Below are positions 1-9,838 of a DNA stretch of 32,000 bases, in pieces (position 1 is the first letter of the stretch; each line of letters opens with the position of its first letter). This DNA is from Nostoc punctiforme PCC 73102. Its GTDB lineage: Bacteria > Cyanobacteriota > Cyanobacteriia > Cyanobacteriales > Nostocaceae. Made by a program: the position numbers and the translations under genes. The stretch is taken from contig NC_010628.1 in the NCBI RefSeq assembly GCF_000020025.1, positions 4,560,001 to 4,592,000 of the forward strand. Direction: 5' to 3'. The notes under the pieces were generated by a model. It did not search any database, had not been told where the DNA came from, and worked only from the letters and a program-made list of their open reading frames with translations.

Positions 1-674
1 AATGTTTGCAGCCAGATAACAGCAGCCGTTGCCAACAGCCCTAAGTAGACAATCACTCCCCAGTGCTGGTGAATTACCTCAAATTGGTTAAGAATTTGGG
101 TATTATTCCAAAGCAGACCTAGCACCGCAATGAACAAAAGTTGAACACTGGTAAGCGTTAAGGTGGGGTGACGGGACGCAACCCGGTCTAGGAAAATTAT
201 GTAGCCTGCATAGACAAAAGCATCAACGAACATCAAAAGATCGCCAATTCCTAGTTCTCCCCCTTCCCAAAACATTACGCCAATACCGATCACAGCGACT
301 CCAGCGGCTAGGAAAGTTCTCAACGGTACGCGCTGACCACTCAGCCATGCTAGTAGCGGGACGATGAGTGCGTTCAAACTGCCAATGAATGCAGCCCGAT
401 TCGCTGGTATAGTCTTGAGTGCAATTGTTTCTATAGCTAAGAAAAAGAAAAGGAAAAGACCTAGTACTGTACCATCACGAAGTAAAAGTGCGTTAATATT
501 ACGTAAATTTACAGCAAAAACCGCTGCTGCTATGACAAAGCGTGTAGTAATCAATGCACTTGGTGGAAGACTACTAACGATGTCTTTAGTCAATGGAAAA
601 GTTGTAGCGCTAATTACATTAACAAGGATAAGCAGCATTATTCCTTTTAAACGTAACGTATTTTCAATTTGCAT
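1..674 (-). CDS. EamA/DMT-family membrane transporter; the 3' end runs off the window
   Basis: Not in the ORF track because it runs off the edge. The reverse complement from the ATG at 674..672 reads MQIENTLRLKGIMLLILVNVISATTFPLTKDIVSSLPPSALITTRFVIAAAVFA...AFIGSLNALIVPLLAW...LLATAAVIWLQT with no stop. It is a multi-helix hydrophobic protein with EamA-like segments. The + ORF 364..690 is its antisense shadow. Confidence 0.7.
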   Translation of the reverse strand, partial: MQIENTLRLKGIMLLILVNVISATTFPLTKDIVSSLPPSALITTRFVIAAAVFAVNLRNINALLLRDGTVLGLFLFFFLAIETIALKTIPANRAAFIGSLNALIVPLLAWLSGQRVPLRTFLAAGVAVIGIGVMFWEGGELGIGDLLMFVDAFVYAGYIIFLDRVASRHPTLTLTSVQLLFIAVLGLLWNNTQILNQFEVIHQHWGVIVYLGLLATAAVIWLQT

Positions 675-1271
675 CAAATTAATTGATTGAATAATGTTTC
701 TTTACATCCATAGAGAATGCGATCGCATAGAGAATGTTGGTTTTGCTGCATCCAGTCAGCGCCTTCTGAATTGAGGATTTTTAGTTGGGAAAGTTGTACG
801 AAGTAAGTTGGCACAATAAAATCAAACTATCTAAATAAAAATGAACTAGCCTAAAACCCTTATACCTATTGCCTGTTGCCTATTTTCTATTGCCTTATCC
901 CAACGACAATTATTCACGCCCACTTAACTTAATCTGATTTTGGTAATTTCATGTCTTTTTTCACATTGCAATTAAAAGGTAAAAGAAATTCGCATTAATC
1001 CAATCCAAATTGTATCATTTGCTGCATTATGTTTAAAATTTTTAATTACTAAAAATCTCCTATTCACAAAAATTATGTCACTAAGTAGATAGCGATAAAA
1101 TAATTACAAATGTTAGTAGACTGAAAATTTTTGCGATCGCCTACGGTGAGTGCTTCGTGCGATCCCTTGCTGATGAATACCTGCAAATCAGATTGTCTCG
1201 TACACTGCGGTAAGCCGCTACACATCATCTATGGATGCGATTATTTTGACATTGCTTCCATTCCTCTTTCC

Positions 1272-1367
1272 TAAAAGAAGAGAGGCTTTGAGGTCTAGAG
1301 CCACCAACGCTAGCAGAAAGGGGCTGTTCTTGTTCGGTCTGTATTCAATACAATTGAGAAACGCTAT
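1272..1367. repeat. Small dispersed repeat, family B (TAAAAG-A-GAGAGGCTTTGA ... CAATTGAGAAACGCTAT)
   Basis: Shares both ends with 6681..6747 (TAAAAGGAGAAAGGCTTTGA ... CAATTGAGAATCGCTAT). This copy has about 30 bp of extra internal sequence. A weaker relative lies near 19386..19432 (AAGGCTTTGAAG...TTCAATTGGTACAG). Confidence 0.5.
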
Positions 1368-1449
1368 TTATAATCTGGTGAAATACAAAAATAAATAATT
1401 TATACTTGCAAAAAGGCTTTAATTCCATAACTACTACAAGGATGTAGGT

Positions 1450-2289
1450 ATGAGAAAATTTTTTAATTTCTGCTTCGAAGTTGAATTTTATCTAAAGATT
1501 GCTATTACTTGCACCATTGTTCAGCAAATATTTTATTGGTTGTTGCACAATATAGAACTCAATTTTATAACTCAAGTGCTGTTATACTGGCTTGTTGGTT
1601 CTATTTCATTTTATAGCATTGGTCTTTTCATCGAAAAGGTAATTAAAAACAATGATAATTTGAGAGAGAAACTAACTGCCAGAGTTAAGAAAGTCAAAAC
1701 ACAACCATTTCCTTCCTTTACTGCGAAAGGTATCATTACTGGAGAAATCAAAAGTTTCATAGCAGCTTTAATTATTCTCTACTTAGCGCCAGAGGTAAAT
1801 AGAGGAAATAGTTTGCTCTCAAACCTTGGATGGTTTTTGATGAGAATAATTGTTGCTGATTTCTGTTTTTACGTTTCTCATTCGCTACTTCACAGAAAAT
1901 TTTTACAAAAAATACATTTAAAACATCATGAGTTTGCCGACTCATCAAGTTTTGTTGCTGGACATAAGAGTTTGACTGAATATATTATTGTTACTATTAC
2001 AGACCTTTTGCCTATCTTTATATTTGGGTATGACATCACCCAACTATGTGCTTGGACTATTATAGGTAATGCTTACAACCTTGAAGGTCATAGTTCTTTA
2101 TCAATATTTTTTGTTCCATCAGATTTTCACGATCTTCACCACAGTTGTTTCAAGAGAAACTATGGAATTCAAGGATTTTGGGACAGGTTATTCAACACAC
2201 TAAACCCTCCTACAAAGAAGCCAGGAATTATGTTCCCTGTAGCTTATTTGGAGCATATCACCATGAAGTTATCTAATCCTTTAAATTGA
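1450..2289 (+). CDS. Fatty acid hydroxylase / sterol desaturase superfamily membrane protein
   Basis: 279-aa ORF with an ATG start. It has hydrophobic N-terminal helices and three histidine boxes in the canonical order: HSLLH (HX3H), HLKHH (HX2HH) and HDLHH (HX2HH). Confidence 0.7.
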   Translation: MRKFFNFCFEVEFYLKIAITCTIVQQIFYWLLHNIELNFITQVLLYWLVGSISFYSIGLFIEKVIKNNDNLREKLTARVKKVKTQPFPSFTAKGIITGEIKSFIAALIILYLAPEVNRGNSLLSNLGWFLMRIIVADFCFYVSHSLLHRKFLQKIHLKHHEFADSSSFVAGHKSLTEYIIVTITDLLPIFIFGYDITQLCAWTIIGNAYNLEGHSSLSIFFVPSDFHDLHHSCFKRNYGIQGFWDRLFNTLNPPTKKPGIMFPVAYLEHITMKLSNPLN

Positions 2290-2330
2290 TTGAGAACTTT
2301 AAATCTAGAGAAACCCTCACTTGATTCTTG

Positions 2331-2492
2331 GCTACAGTGTACACAAGCCTTTTAAAGTTGTCACACAAGCTTTTTATTCCCCCAACTCCTCTTTTGAAGG
2401 GAAAAAATCTCTCAAAGTCCTTTAATTTATCAAAGGATTTAGGAGAATCTGGAATATTTTGGTTTTGTAGAGAGATGTGTGTACACCGTAGC
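2331..2492. mobile_element. MITE-like non-autonomous element (~162 bp) with terminal inverted repeats and a target-site duplication
   Basis: The left end GCTACAGTGTACACA (2331..2345) and right end TGTGTACACCGTAGC (2478..2492) are inverted repeats with one mismatch. The direct repeat TGATTCTTG(G) flanks both sides (2322..2331 and 2493..2502). There is no coding capacity. Confidence 0.65.
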
Positions 2493-2629
2493 TGATTCTT
2501 GGGGAGATAAAGTGTAGTTTGGCGGGGTTGGTTGCAATGAATCTAGGAAATTATAACTAATTATCTAAACTTCATATTCATGAGGCAAAATTGTCAATAA
2601 ATTCTGACTCATTAATTTTATGTCAAAAA

Positions 2630-3124
2630 TTACCACCCCATTGTTCCTGGACTACCTTTAAATGGCCCGACAATATCAGAGGTAATCCATCCGCCATAAA
2701 AATCACCGGGTTGAGACATAACTAGCTCATCATTTACATAGCAAGCATCCATTAAACTAGGGTAAAAAGCATAGTATTCTTGAATCGTTACAAAATCAGA
2801 TGTGGGGTCAAAATATCGCCAAGCAGCGTTATTTATATACTTATCACCGATGCTTATATCATAATACTGACACTTACCTTTCCATTCACACCAAGTTTTT
2901 TTAGGTGTTTCTATCAGATATTCTAGTTTAATATCTTCTGAAGGAATGTAATAAGAAGGAGGATGGCTAGTTTCTATGACTCTTTTAGCTTTACTTGTTT
3001 CTGCTAAAACAATATTATTAACAATAATCCGAATTGATTTTTTTGTATCTTCTAAACGGGCCGGACGCGGATAATCCCAAACTGACTCTTGACCGGGTTG
3101 TGGAGGAATAGGATTTGGTCTCAT
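2630..3124 (-). CDS. DUF427 domain-containing protein
   Basis: 164-aa ORF with an ATG start. Its landmarks are typical of DUF427: WDYPRPARLE, ETSHPPSYYIP, CEWKGKCQYYD and GGWITSDIVGPFKG. Confidence 0.75.
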   Translation of the reverse strand: MRPNPIPPQPGQESVWDYPRPARLEDTKKSIRIIVNNIVLAETSKAKRVIETSHPPSYYIPSEDIKLEYLIETPKKTWCEWKGKCQYYDISIGDKYINNAAWRYFDPTSDFVTIQEYYAFYPSLMDACYVNDELVMSQPGDFYGGWITSDIVGPFKGSPGTMGW

Positions 3125-3364
3125 GGTTAATAATTTCTTGTTTTTACTTTGCCATTAAAATGCAAAGGTAGTTCGCATTAATCTAATTCCATTCTAGATG
3201 ATTTTTTCGTACTATTACTCCTAGATTTTAGGCTAGTAATATGTTTGCTGTCTCAACGAAAATTGAACCTGGTCATTACAGGGAGAAATGGAAGATAAAA
3301 AAACTGCTATTCTGTAACTATTAGTATCCTGCAAAAATTATTTTTTTAAAAACTCATGTTGTGC

Positions 3365-4702
3365 TTAATGCTTCATATCTTGAACAATCCTAAAACCAGC
3401 GTGTTGATAAAAATTAGGACGGAACCAGTTGCGATAATATTTTAAAGCTTCTGTACCGTTAGTTATCCAGCATCCTCCTAACATCATCTGATGTTTATTA
3501 TCAAAAAATATTGCAGAATTATCTTCGTAAAGGAAATGAGGCTTATATCCTGGTAAAGGATTTAAATTATCACTCAAGTGTTCCCAAACATTTCCGCGTA
3601 AATCGTACAATCCAGAATAACTTTTGGCGGTTTCTAACATTCCTACTGGACTAGGCGAGCCAAATTTTAAATTGACATTGTAATTGTCTACATCTTCTAC
3701 CAAACCACTACCATAAGTTGCTAAATGATATTCGGCTTCACTCATTAAACGAGTATCTTTCCCTTGCCAACAACAGTAAGCCATCGCTTCATAATGATTG
3801 ACCTCTACAGGCCAATCTAAGGGTAAGTCGATTTCATCAAACATGGCTCGATACTTGTAAATGCCATTTTGATGTATCCAAAATTTGGGATATTGAATGT
3901 TATTTTCAGTTTTCCAATGCCAAGATTCTTCATCCCAATACGCTTGGTTTTCGTAGCCACCAGCCTTGACAAAATAACTAAAATCGGCATTAGTAATTAG
4001 ATATTTACTGGCTAAAAAAGGTTCTACTTCAACAGTGCGATCGCCATAATCAATATCCCACCCATAGGTCGGATCGTTAAAGGCTTTGCCAAGTTTGACT
4101 ACCCCACCTATAACTTGTATCATTTCGTTTTGAGCAGTGTAGCCATTAAAAGGGGCATATTGCCAGTTTTGGGGGCGTTTCACTCTCTCAATTGGTAGTT
4201 GGCGAATCAACATTGAAGAGGTTTCAATATGAATACGCTGATGTTCAATCCCCATCATTAAAGCCCAGAGGGGATGAGTAGGGTGAATTGGTAGAGTAAT
4301 CGGAGTAGTTTTAATTACTTCGGCAATTACCGTATATGCTTGTTTTCGATACTCCCAAGTTTGTGCAACTTGTGGCCATTCTAAATGAGCGATCGCTTGA
4401 TTTAATTCCTCTGGTACTTCTGGATCAACTCCAATTTCAAACAGAATTTCATAATCTGGATTAATCCTTTTTTCTAATAATCCAACGCTAATTAATTTAT
4501 TAATATAGAAAACAGCCGAGTGTCCTAGATAAAAAATTAGAGGGTTTCTCAAAGGATCGGGATTGAGATAAAATGTATCCTCCTCCACTAAAGTTTTCAT
4601 CAGCATATCTTCTAGCTGCCAAGCATTCTCAAAATAATCGAGGATAACTTGGCGATCGCAACTATTTAGTTTAGGTGGATGAGTAGATTGAAGACTGTTC
4701 AT
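3365..4702 (-). CDS. egtB: Sulfoxide synthase of the ergothioneine pathway (EgtB function, OvoA-like sequence type; DinB-like N-terminal half plus FGE-sulfatase-like C-terminal half)
   Basis: The track ORF starts at a TTG at 4714. The ATG at 4702 (MNSLQSTHPP...) is the more likely start. The N-terminal half contains LRNPLIFYLGHSAVFYINKL and the C-terminal half contains YDLRGNVWEH and LGGCW, both of the FGE-sulfatase type. It lies co-directional with and adjacent to egtD. Confidence 0.7.
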   Translation of the reverse strand: MNSLQSTHPPKLNSCDRQVILDYFENAWQLEDMLMKTLVEEDTFYLNPDPLRNPLIFYLGHSAVFYINKLISVGLLEKRINPDYEILFEIGVDPEVPEELNQAIAHLEWPQVAQTWEYRKQAYTVIAEVIKTTPITLPIHPTHPLWALMMGIEHQRIHIETSSMLIRQLPIERVKRPQNWQYAPFNGYTAQNEMIQVIGGVVKLGKAFNDPTYGWDIDYGDRTVEVEPFLASKYLITNADFSYFVKAGGYENQAYWDEESWHWKTENNIQYPKFWIHQNGIYKYRAMFDEIDLPLDWPVEVNHYEAMAYCCWQGKDTRLMSEAEYHLATYGSGLVEDVDNYNVNLKFGSPSPVGMLETAKSYSGLYDLRGNVWEHLSDNLNPLPGYKPHFLYEDNSAIFFDNKHQMMLGGCWITNGTEALKYYRNWFRPNFYQHAGFRIVQDMKH

Positions 4703-5046
4703 GATGTAACTCAATTGCTATTATAGAGACGATTAACCCTGGCTGATTTACTTGAAAAACTTAATCAAAAAAATTGCTAATGTTAATTGTTGATTGCATT
4801 CCAACTCTATTTATATTTTTCCAGATATGTTGAATCTTGCTAAATTAAACATATCCATGAACAAACAAATGCCGCTTCATTGGGCATTTATAAATGGCGA
4901 AAACTATTGATATACTGTAGGACGAACAAAATACCTACCTGCCTTAAGTAAGTGCCATTCATGAACAAACCATAAGCTTTGTAAGTTAAGGTTTAAAGCC
5001 TAATTCACGGATATGTCTATTTAAATTCGGCTTTGGGAAGCAAAAT

Positions 5047-6021
5047 TTAAGCTTGGCAAAGAATTAACCCAAACCACTGATTGGGATCTGTCCAAGTTTT
5101 CAGAGTCTTAAGTCCATGTGTCTCCAGTTGTTTTTGCATATTTACTAAATCAAACTTGCGAGAAATTTCGGTGAGAATGCTCTCTCCACCAGCAAAGCTA
5201 ACTTGTAAATCTAGCGCTTCTAAAGATACCTCATGACTCTTTTGGCAATGCAGATACATTTCAATTTGAGCATCATTTTCATTATAAATAGCTTGGTGAG
5301 TAAATAAGCTGAGGTCAAAATTACCTTGAAAACGCCAATTTAAATGAGAAAGGATATTTAAATTAAAAGCAGCTGTTACTCCCTGACTATCATTATAAGC
5401 TGGCTCCAAAATTTCCTTGGGTTTTTGTAAATCAATCCCCAAAAGAAAGTAGTCTCCTGCTTGCAAAGTCCTAGTAATTTGTCTTAAAAAATCATCGCAT
5501 TCTCGTGGGTTAAAATTCCCAAGAGAACTGCCTAAGAAAAAAATCATCCGTGATGCTGCAAATGTTGATTCTAGCTTTATCAACGCTTGTTCATAGGTTC
5601 CTATTAATCCCTCAACAAAGAAATTTGGATATTTCTGTTGTAGTTTAAGTACGCTAGATTTAAGGATGCCATGACTAACATCAATGGGTATATATCTACA
5701 GTGGCTGGCAATTTTTTGGTAAGCATCTAGCAAAAAAAGAGTTTTTGTAGAACTGCCACTGCCTAACTCTACAAGTTCACAATTACCTGTTATCTGAGCT
5801 ATTTCATCGGCATATTGGCGTAAAATCCATGCTTCTGTTCGTGTTGGGTAATATTCTGATAATTCACATATTTGTTCAAATAGTTCCGAGCCGTAATCAT
5901 CGTAAAAATATTTAGGGGGTAAAGTTTTGGGACTTTGAATTAATCCTTGGATGACATCTTCACCCTCATTGTAGAGAGATCGATCGTTCTCATTAAGAGA
6001 TTTTAGATATGTTGCTAACAT
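5047..6021 (-). CDS. egtD: L-histidine N-alpha-methyltransferase (ergothioneine biosynthesis EgtD)
   Basis: Motifs include PPKYFYDDYGSELFEQICELSEYYPTRTE and ELGSGSSTKT (SAM-binding), plus IPIDVS and FFLGSSLGNF. The track start at 6084 is a TTG. The ATG at 6021 (MLATYLKSL...) gives 324 aa, which is a typical EgtD length. Confidence 0.85.
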   Translation of the reverse strand: MLATYLKSLNENDRSLYNEGEDVIQGLIQSPKTLPPKYFYDDYGSELFEQICELSEYYPTRTEAWILRQYADEIAQITGNCELVELGSGSSTKTLFLLDAYQKIASHCRYIPIDVSHGILKSSVLKLQQKYPNFFVEGLIGTYEQALIKLESTFAASRMIFFLGSSLGNFNPRECDDFLRQITRTLQAGDYFLLGIDLQKPKEILEPAYNDSQGVTAAFNLNILSHLNWRFQGNFDLSLFTHQAIYNENDAQIEMYLHCQKSHEVSLEALDLQVSFAGGESILTEISRKFDLVNMQKQLETHGLKTLKTWTDPNQWFGLILCQA

Positions 6022-6523
6022 GATGTCAATATCTTTAGTTCTGAATGAAGTACTTAATATGACATATTTAGTATTTAATAGCAAGGCTTATTTCTAAGTG
6101 ATTAATAATAGATTAAAATACGAAAAACCCCTCGATTTAGTGTGGTATCCAAGCAGATTTTACTAATTTAATATTTGCTGGTTTATTCAAGTATGAATTA
6201 ATAAATAAGTCGCTAGGAATAGACGTTACTACATTATTAGAGGTAAACATTATCTACTACTGAAAAATGGCGAAGTTCATAAGTTACCTGTATTGATAAT
6301 AACTTATACTCTGGTTAAAAATCATTGGAGCTTTAGTAGCGATCGCAATGCCCAAAAATTCTTGTTTTTATTTCAATAGATAACTGAAGTTTATCGAAGT
6401 CTGAGTTAATCGCATAACAATTTATCATTTTTTTCATCAAAGTTAAATAATTTGCGATGGACTGACTCAAAAAAATTGTGTTTTTTATCCCGTTTTTTGC
6501 TTAACTTTTCTCCTGTCAAAGAC

Positions 6524-6679
6524 GCTATGCAAGGGTGTATATACAAGTATTTTAAAGTGGTTCCACAGGATTTAGATTCCCTCTACAGTAATAGGAGCCA
6601 AAGTCCCCGTTAAGAAGGGTAATTTAGAAGGATCTAAAGCCGTTTTGTACCTTGTACAGAGTTGTGTGTACACCGTAGC
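6524..6679. repeat. Degenerate second copy of the 2331..2492 MITE family
   Basis: The right end TGTGTACACCGTAGC (6665..6679) is identical to that of the first copy. The left end GCTATGCAAGGGTGTATATACAAG.TATTTTAAAGT resembles GCTACAGTGTACACAAGCCTTTTAAAGT, and the internal CAAAGTCC...TTTAG.AG.ATCT segment is shared. I saw no flanking duplication. Confidence 0.5.
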
Positions 6680-6680
6680 T

Positions 6681-6747
6681 TAAAAGGAGAAAGGCTTTGA
6701 ATTTTACTGCCCTTTCCTTCAATTTCAATGCAATTGAGAATCGCTAT
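6681..6747. repeat. Small dispersed repeat, family B, abutting the degenerate MITE
   Basis: See 1272..1367. The shared ends are TAAAAGGAGAAAGGCTTTGA and CAATTGAGAATCGCTAT. Confidence 0.5.
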
Positions 6748-6974
6748 ATGGTATTGAGTAGGTAGTTAAAATTAAACATAATAGTAAAATTAAACATAAA
6801 ATAAAATCCTACTTTTGAGGGATGAATCGCTCAAGACTAGGATTTTTAGGACTAAAGTCCTTACTACAAACTTTAATTTATTTAGGCTTAGTTACTTATC
6901 TTTTATAGTTATTAAAGAAATTTACAAGTATGAGTTTCAATAAATTTAGTGCAACTAGTTTCGAGAAGCATACG

Positions 6975-7025
6975 GCGATGCCTTCACAGTAGGCATCGCG
7001 GATTTTAGATTTTATTCTAAAATCC
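6975..7025 (-). terminator. Two perfect hairpins just downstream of the pnp stop (candidate terminator)
   Basis: GGATTTTAGA/TCTAAAATCC forms a 10-bp stem (7000..7025). GCGATGCCT/AGGCATCGC forms a 9-bp stem (6975..6999). Neither has a clean U-tract, so terminator function is an inference. Confidence 0.4.
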
Positions 7026-7034
7026 CAAATCGAG

Positions 7035-9191
7035 TTACCGATTCACCGCCGCAGCTTCTCTTGCTGCTGCTGCTTGATCTGGGTGGATACCCAAGCGGGT
7101 GAGATTAATCCGACCTTTGTTATCAATTTCACGGACTTTGATAATCACTTCATCGCCCACCGCTACTTCATCCTCAACTTTGCCAACGCGGTAGTCAGCT
7201 AGTTGTGAGATGTGGATCATCCCTTCTTTCCCAGGCAGAAATTCCACAAATGCACCTATCGGTATAATCCGAGTAATGCGTCCTGCATAGACATCTCCTT
7301 CGTGGAGTTTGCGGGTCATACCTTGGATGATGTTTCTGGCTCTCTTCGCCTTGTTCTCATCCACAGCCGAGATTGTCACGGTGCCATCATCTTCGATGTC
7401 AATTTTTGCACCAGTTTCCTCTGTGATGCCCTTAATAGTCTTGCCTCCAGGCCCGATGACTAAACCAATCATGTCTGAATCAATCTTGATTGTTAACAGA
7501 CGTGGGGCATAAGGTGAGGTTTCAATCCGTGGTGTATCAATGCAGGCGAGCATTTTCTCCAGAATGTGCAACCGGGCTGCTTTGGCTTGGTGGACAGCTT
7601 GGGAAATAACATCCAACGACAAACCGGGGATTTTCATATCCATTTGCAAGGCGGTAATTCCGGTATCCGTCCCGGCAACCTTGAAGTCCATATCGCCCAA
7701 AAAGTCTTCAATGCCCTGAATGTCGGTGAGGATTCGCACTTCGTCCCCATCCTTAATCAGACCCATTGCTGCGCCACTAACGGGTTTGAGAATTGGTACA
7801 CCAGCATCCATGAGGGCGAGAGTGGAACCGCAGACTGAACCCATTGAAGTGGAACCGTTGGAAGAAAGTACTTCTGATACGATGCGAATCACGTAGGGAA
7901 ATTGTTCTTTTGAGGGTAGCACAGGAATTAGCGATCGCTCTGCTAATGCCCCGTGACCGATTTCACGCCTTCCTGGAGAACGCATTGGCTTGGTTTCCCC
8001 GACTGAGAAAGGCGGGAAGTTGTAATGATGCAGATAACGCTTATGTTGGTCTAACTGCATATCATCGTTGAGGTTTTGAGCATCACCTGGTGTACCCAAA
8101 GTACAAGTGGATAATACCTGAGTTAGTTCCCGATTAAATAAACCGCTACCGTGGACTCGCTTTGGTAAGACACCAACTAAACAAGAAACACGTCGCACTT
8201 CATCGAGTTTACGACCATCAACGCGAACGTTATCTTCGATGATTTGCCGCCGCATGAAGTACTTAGTAATATCTTTGAAAGTGTTACCAAGTGCTTTGTT
8301 ATTTGCAGTTGCAGCAACTCGAATTGGGTCTTCTTCTGGCAGTTCTTTAATCGTCGTGGCAATTTCATCCTTGACGACATCTAAAGCTGCATCGCGTTCG
8401 GGTTTGGTGAAAGTAAATTGAGACAGGATTTTCTTAATCTGACCGCTAGCGCGATCGCGGATATAATTTTCTAGCGTCTGGTCTACTTCTGGTGGTGCTT
8501 CTTGCACTATCACTAAGCCCAGTTCTGCTACTAAATCTTGCTGCGCTTTGATTAAGTCCCGCACTGCTTCATAACCAAAGTCAATTGCCTCGATGATATC
8601 TCGCTCTGGCAACTGATTGGCTCCCGCCTCCACCATGATTACGCCATGTGGAGAACCGGCTACTACCAGATCCAAATCTCCGGCTTCAATTTCTGCATAA
8701 GTGGGGTTAATAATAAAATCATCTCCCACTAAACCAACGCGAACTGCTGCCATTGGCCCATTAAAAGGAATCTGGGCAATCAGGGTAGCGATGGAAGCGC
8801 CTGTAACTGCTAGCACATCGGGTGGAACCAACTCGTCCATCGATAGCGTTAAGGCGATAATTTGCAGGTCATCCCGTAACCATGAGGGGAACAAGGGACG
8901 CATGGGACGGTCTATAAGACGGCTAGTGAGAATTGTTTTTTCTGGTGGACGACCTTCCCGCCGCATGATCCCTCCGGGAATCCTACCAGCTGCATACAGT
9001 CTTTCTTCGTAATCTACAGTGAGGGGAAGAAAATCAATGCCTTCTCTGGCTTGCGATCGCGTAGCTGTCACTAAAACGGATGTGTCCCCTGATTCTATCA
9101 AAACCGACCCACCTGCCTGGGGAGCTAGTAAGCCTACTTTCAGTCGAATATCCCTTCCATCGAAGGATATTGACTTATCAACTTCTGCCAT
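7035..9191 (-). CDS. pnp: Polyribonucleotide nucleotidyltransferase (PNPase)
   Basis: 718 aa with an ATG start. It has two RNase PH-like halves, then KH ([10 protein letters not shown]) and S1 ([20 protein letters not shown]) domains. The N-terminus [23 protein letters not shown] is diagnostic. Confidence 0.97.
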   Translation of the reverse strand: MAEVDKSISFDGRDIRLKVGLLAPQAGGSVLIESGDTSVLVTATRSQAREGIDFLPLTVDYEERLYAAGRIPGGIMRREGRPPEKTILTSRLIDRPMRPLFPSWLRDDLQIIALTLSMDELVPPDVLAVTGASIATLIAQIPFNGPMAAVRVGLVGDDFIINPTYAEIEAGDLDLVVAGSPHGVIMVEAGANQLPERDIIEAIDFGYEAVRDLIKAQQDLVAELGLVIVQEAPPEVDQTLENYIRDRASGQIKKILSQFTFTKPERDAALDVVKDEIATTIKELPEEDPIRVAATANNKALGNTFKDITKYFMRRQIIEDNVRVDGRKLDEVRRVSCLVGVLPKRVHGSGLFNRELTQVLSTCTLGTPGDAQNLNDDMQLDQHKRYLHHYNFPPFSVGETKPMRSPGRREIGHGALAERSLIPVLPSKEQFPYVIRIVSEVLSSNGSTSMGSVCGSTLALMDAGVPILKPVSGAAMGLIKDGDEVRILTDIQGIEDFLGDMDFKVAGTDTGITALQMDMKIPGLSLDVISQAVHQAKAARLHILEKMLACIDTPRIETSPYAPRLLTIKIDSDMIGLVIGPGGKTIKGITEETGAKIDIEDDGTVTISAVDENKAKRARNIIQGMTRKLHEGDVYAGRITRIIPIGAFVEFLPGKEGMIHISQLADYRVGKVEDEVAVGDEVIIKVREIDNKGRINLTRLGIHPDQAAAAREAAAVNR

Positions 9192-9292
9192 TCAGTTCTT
9201 TTTCCTTCTCTTTCGCTATTCTCTTTCTGTGGCAATCCTAACATTTATGCACTAGGGCTGACTTCTAATACATACAAAGATAAGAGTTGTCT

Positions 9293-9838
9293 TCAACCCA
9301 AAGGACGATACATCATGAGCGCGTCTACCACTTGTTCATCCCCTAGCTTCGCCGCACGAGGAATTCGCCCAATAATCTCAAATCCTAACGACTGCCAAAG
9401 GGTAATTGAAGGTATATTAGTTTCAAAGACCAAATTGAACATTACTGCTTCGTAGCCTAGGTCTGCTGCTATCAAAAGCATAGCCTCCCCCATGAACCGC
9501 CCGATTCCCTGACCGCGCAACTCAGGTTGTACAATAAAACCAGCGTTGCAAATATGGCAACATTGACCGGGGAAGTTTGGTTTTAAATAAAACGCCCCTA
9601 ATATTTCTTTTGGCTTGTGTGTAGTATCCTTACCAGATGTCCTGACAACAAAGGCATCCTTGCTTAACCAGTAAGTTGAAAATTCTGCCTGAGATAGAGG
9701 TTGCCTTTGGGGATAAGTTTTACCTTCAACAATTACAACATTGAGTAATGTTCTTACAACCTCTTGTTCTTGAGGATGAATATAATCTAGTTCTACTGTT
9801 ATATTGTTTTTTATAACTTGAACCAGGGGTAAATCCAT
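9293..9838 (-). CDS. GNAT family N-acetyltransferase
   Basis: 181 aa. It has the acetyl-CoA binding segment QPELRGQGIGRFMGEAML followed by a conserved LVFETNIPSITLWQSLGFEIIGRIP tail. Confidence 0.75.
   Translation of the reverse strand: MDLPLVQVIKNNITVELDYIHPQEQEVVRTLLNVVIVEGKTYPQRQPLSQAEFSTYWLSKDAFVVRTSGKDTTHKPKEILGAFYLKPNFPGQCCHICNAGFIVQPELRGQGIGRFMGEAMLLIAADLGYEAVMFNLVFETNIPSITLWQSLGFEIIGRIPRAAKLGDEQVVDALMMYRPLG

Noticed and set aside
364-690. 108-aa + strand ORF
   Set aside because: It lies antisense to a much better minus-strand EamA transporter reading frame (1..674). Its K/R-rich low-complexity sequence looks like a shadow ORF.
7212-9255. Eight + or - strand ORFs of 60-103 aa overlapping pnp
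   Set aside because: All lie inside or antisense to the unambiguous PNPase CDS and have no recognisable motifs. They are typical shadow ORFs.
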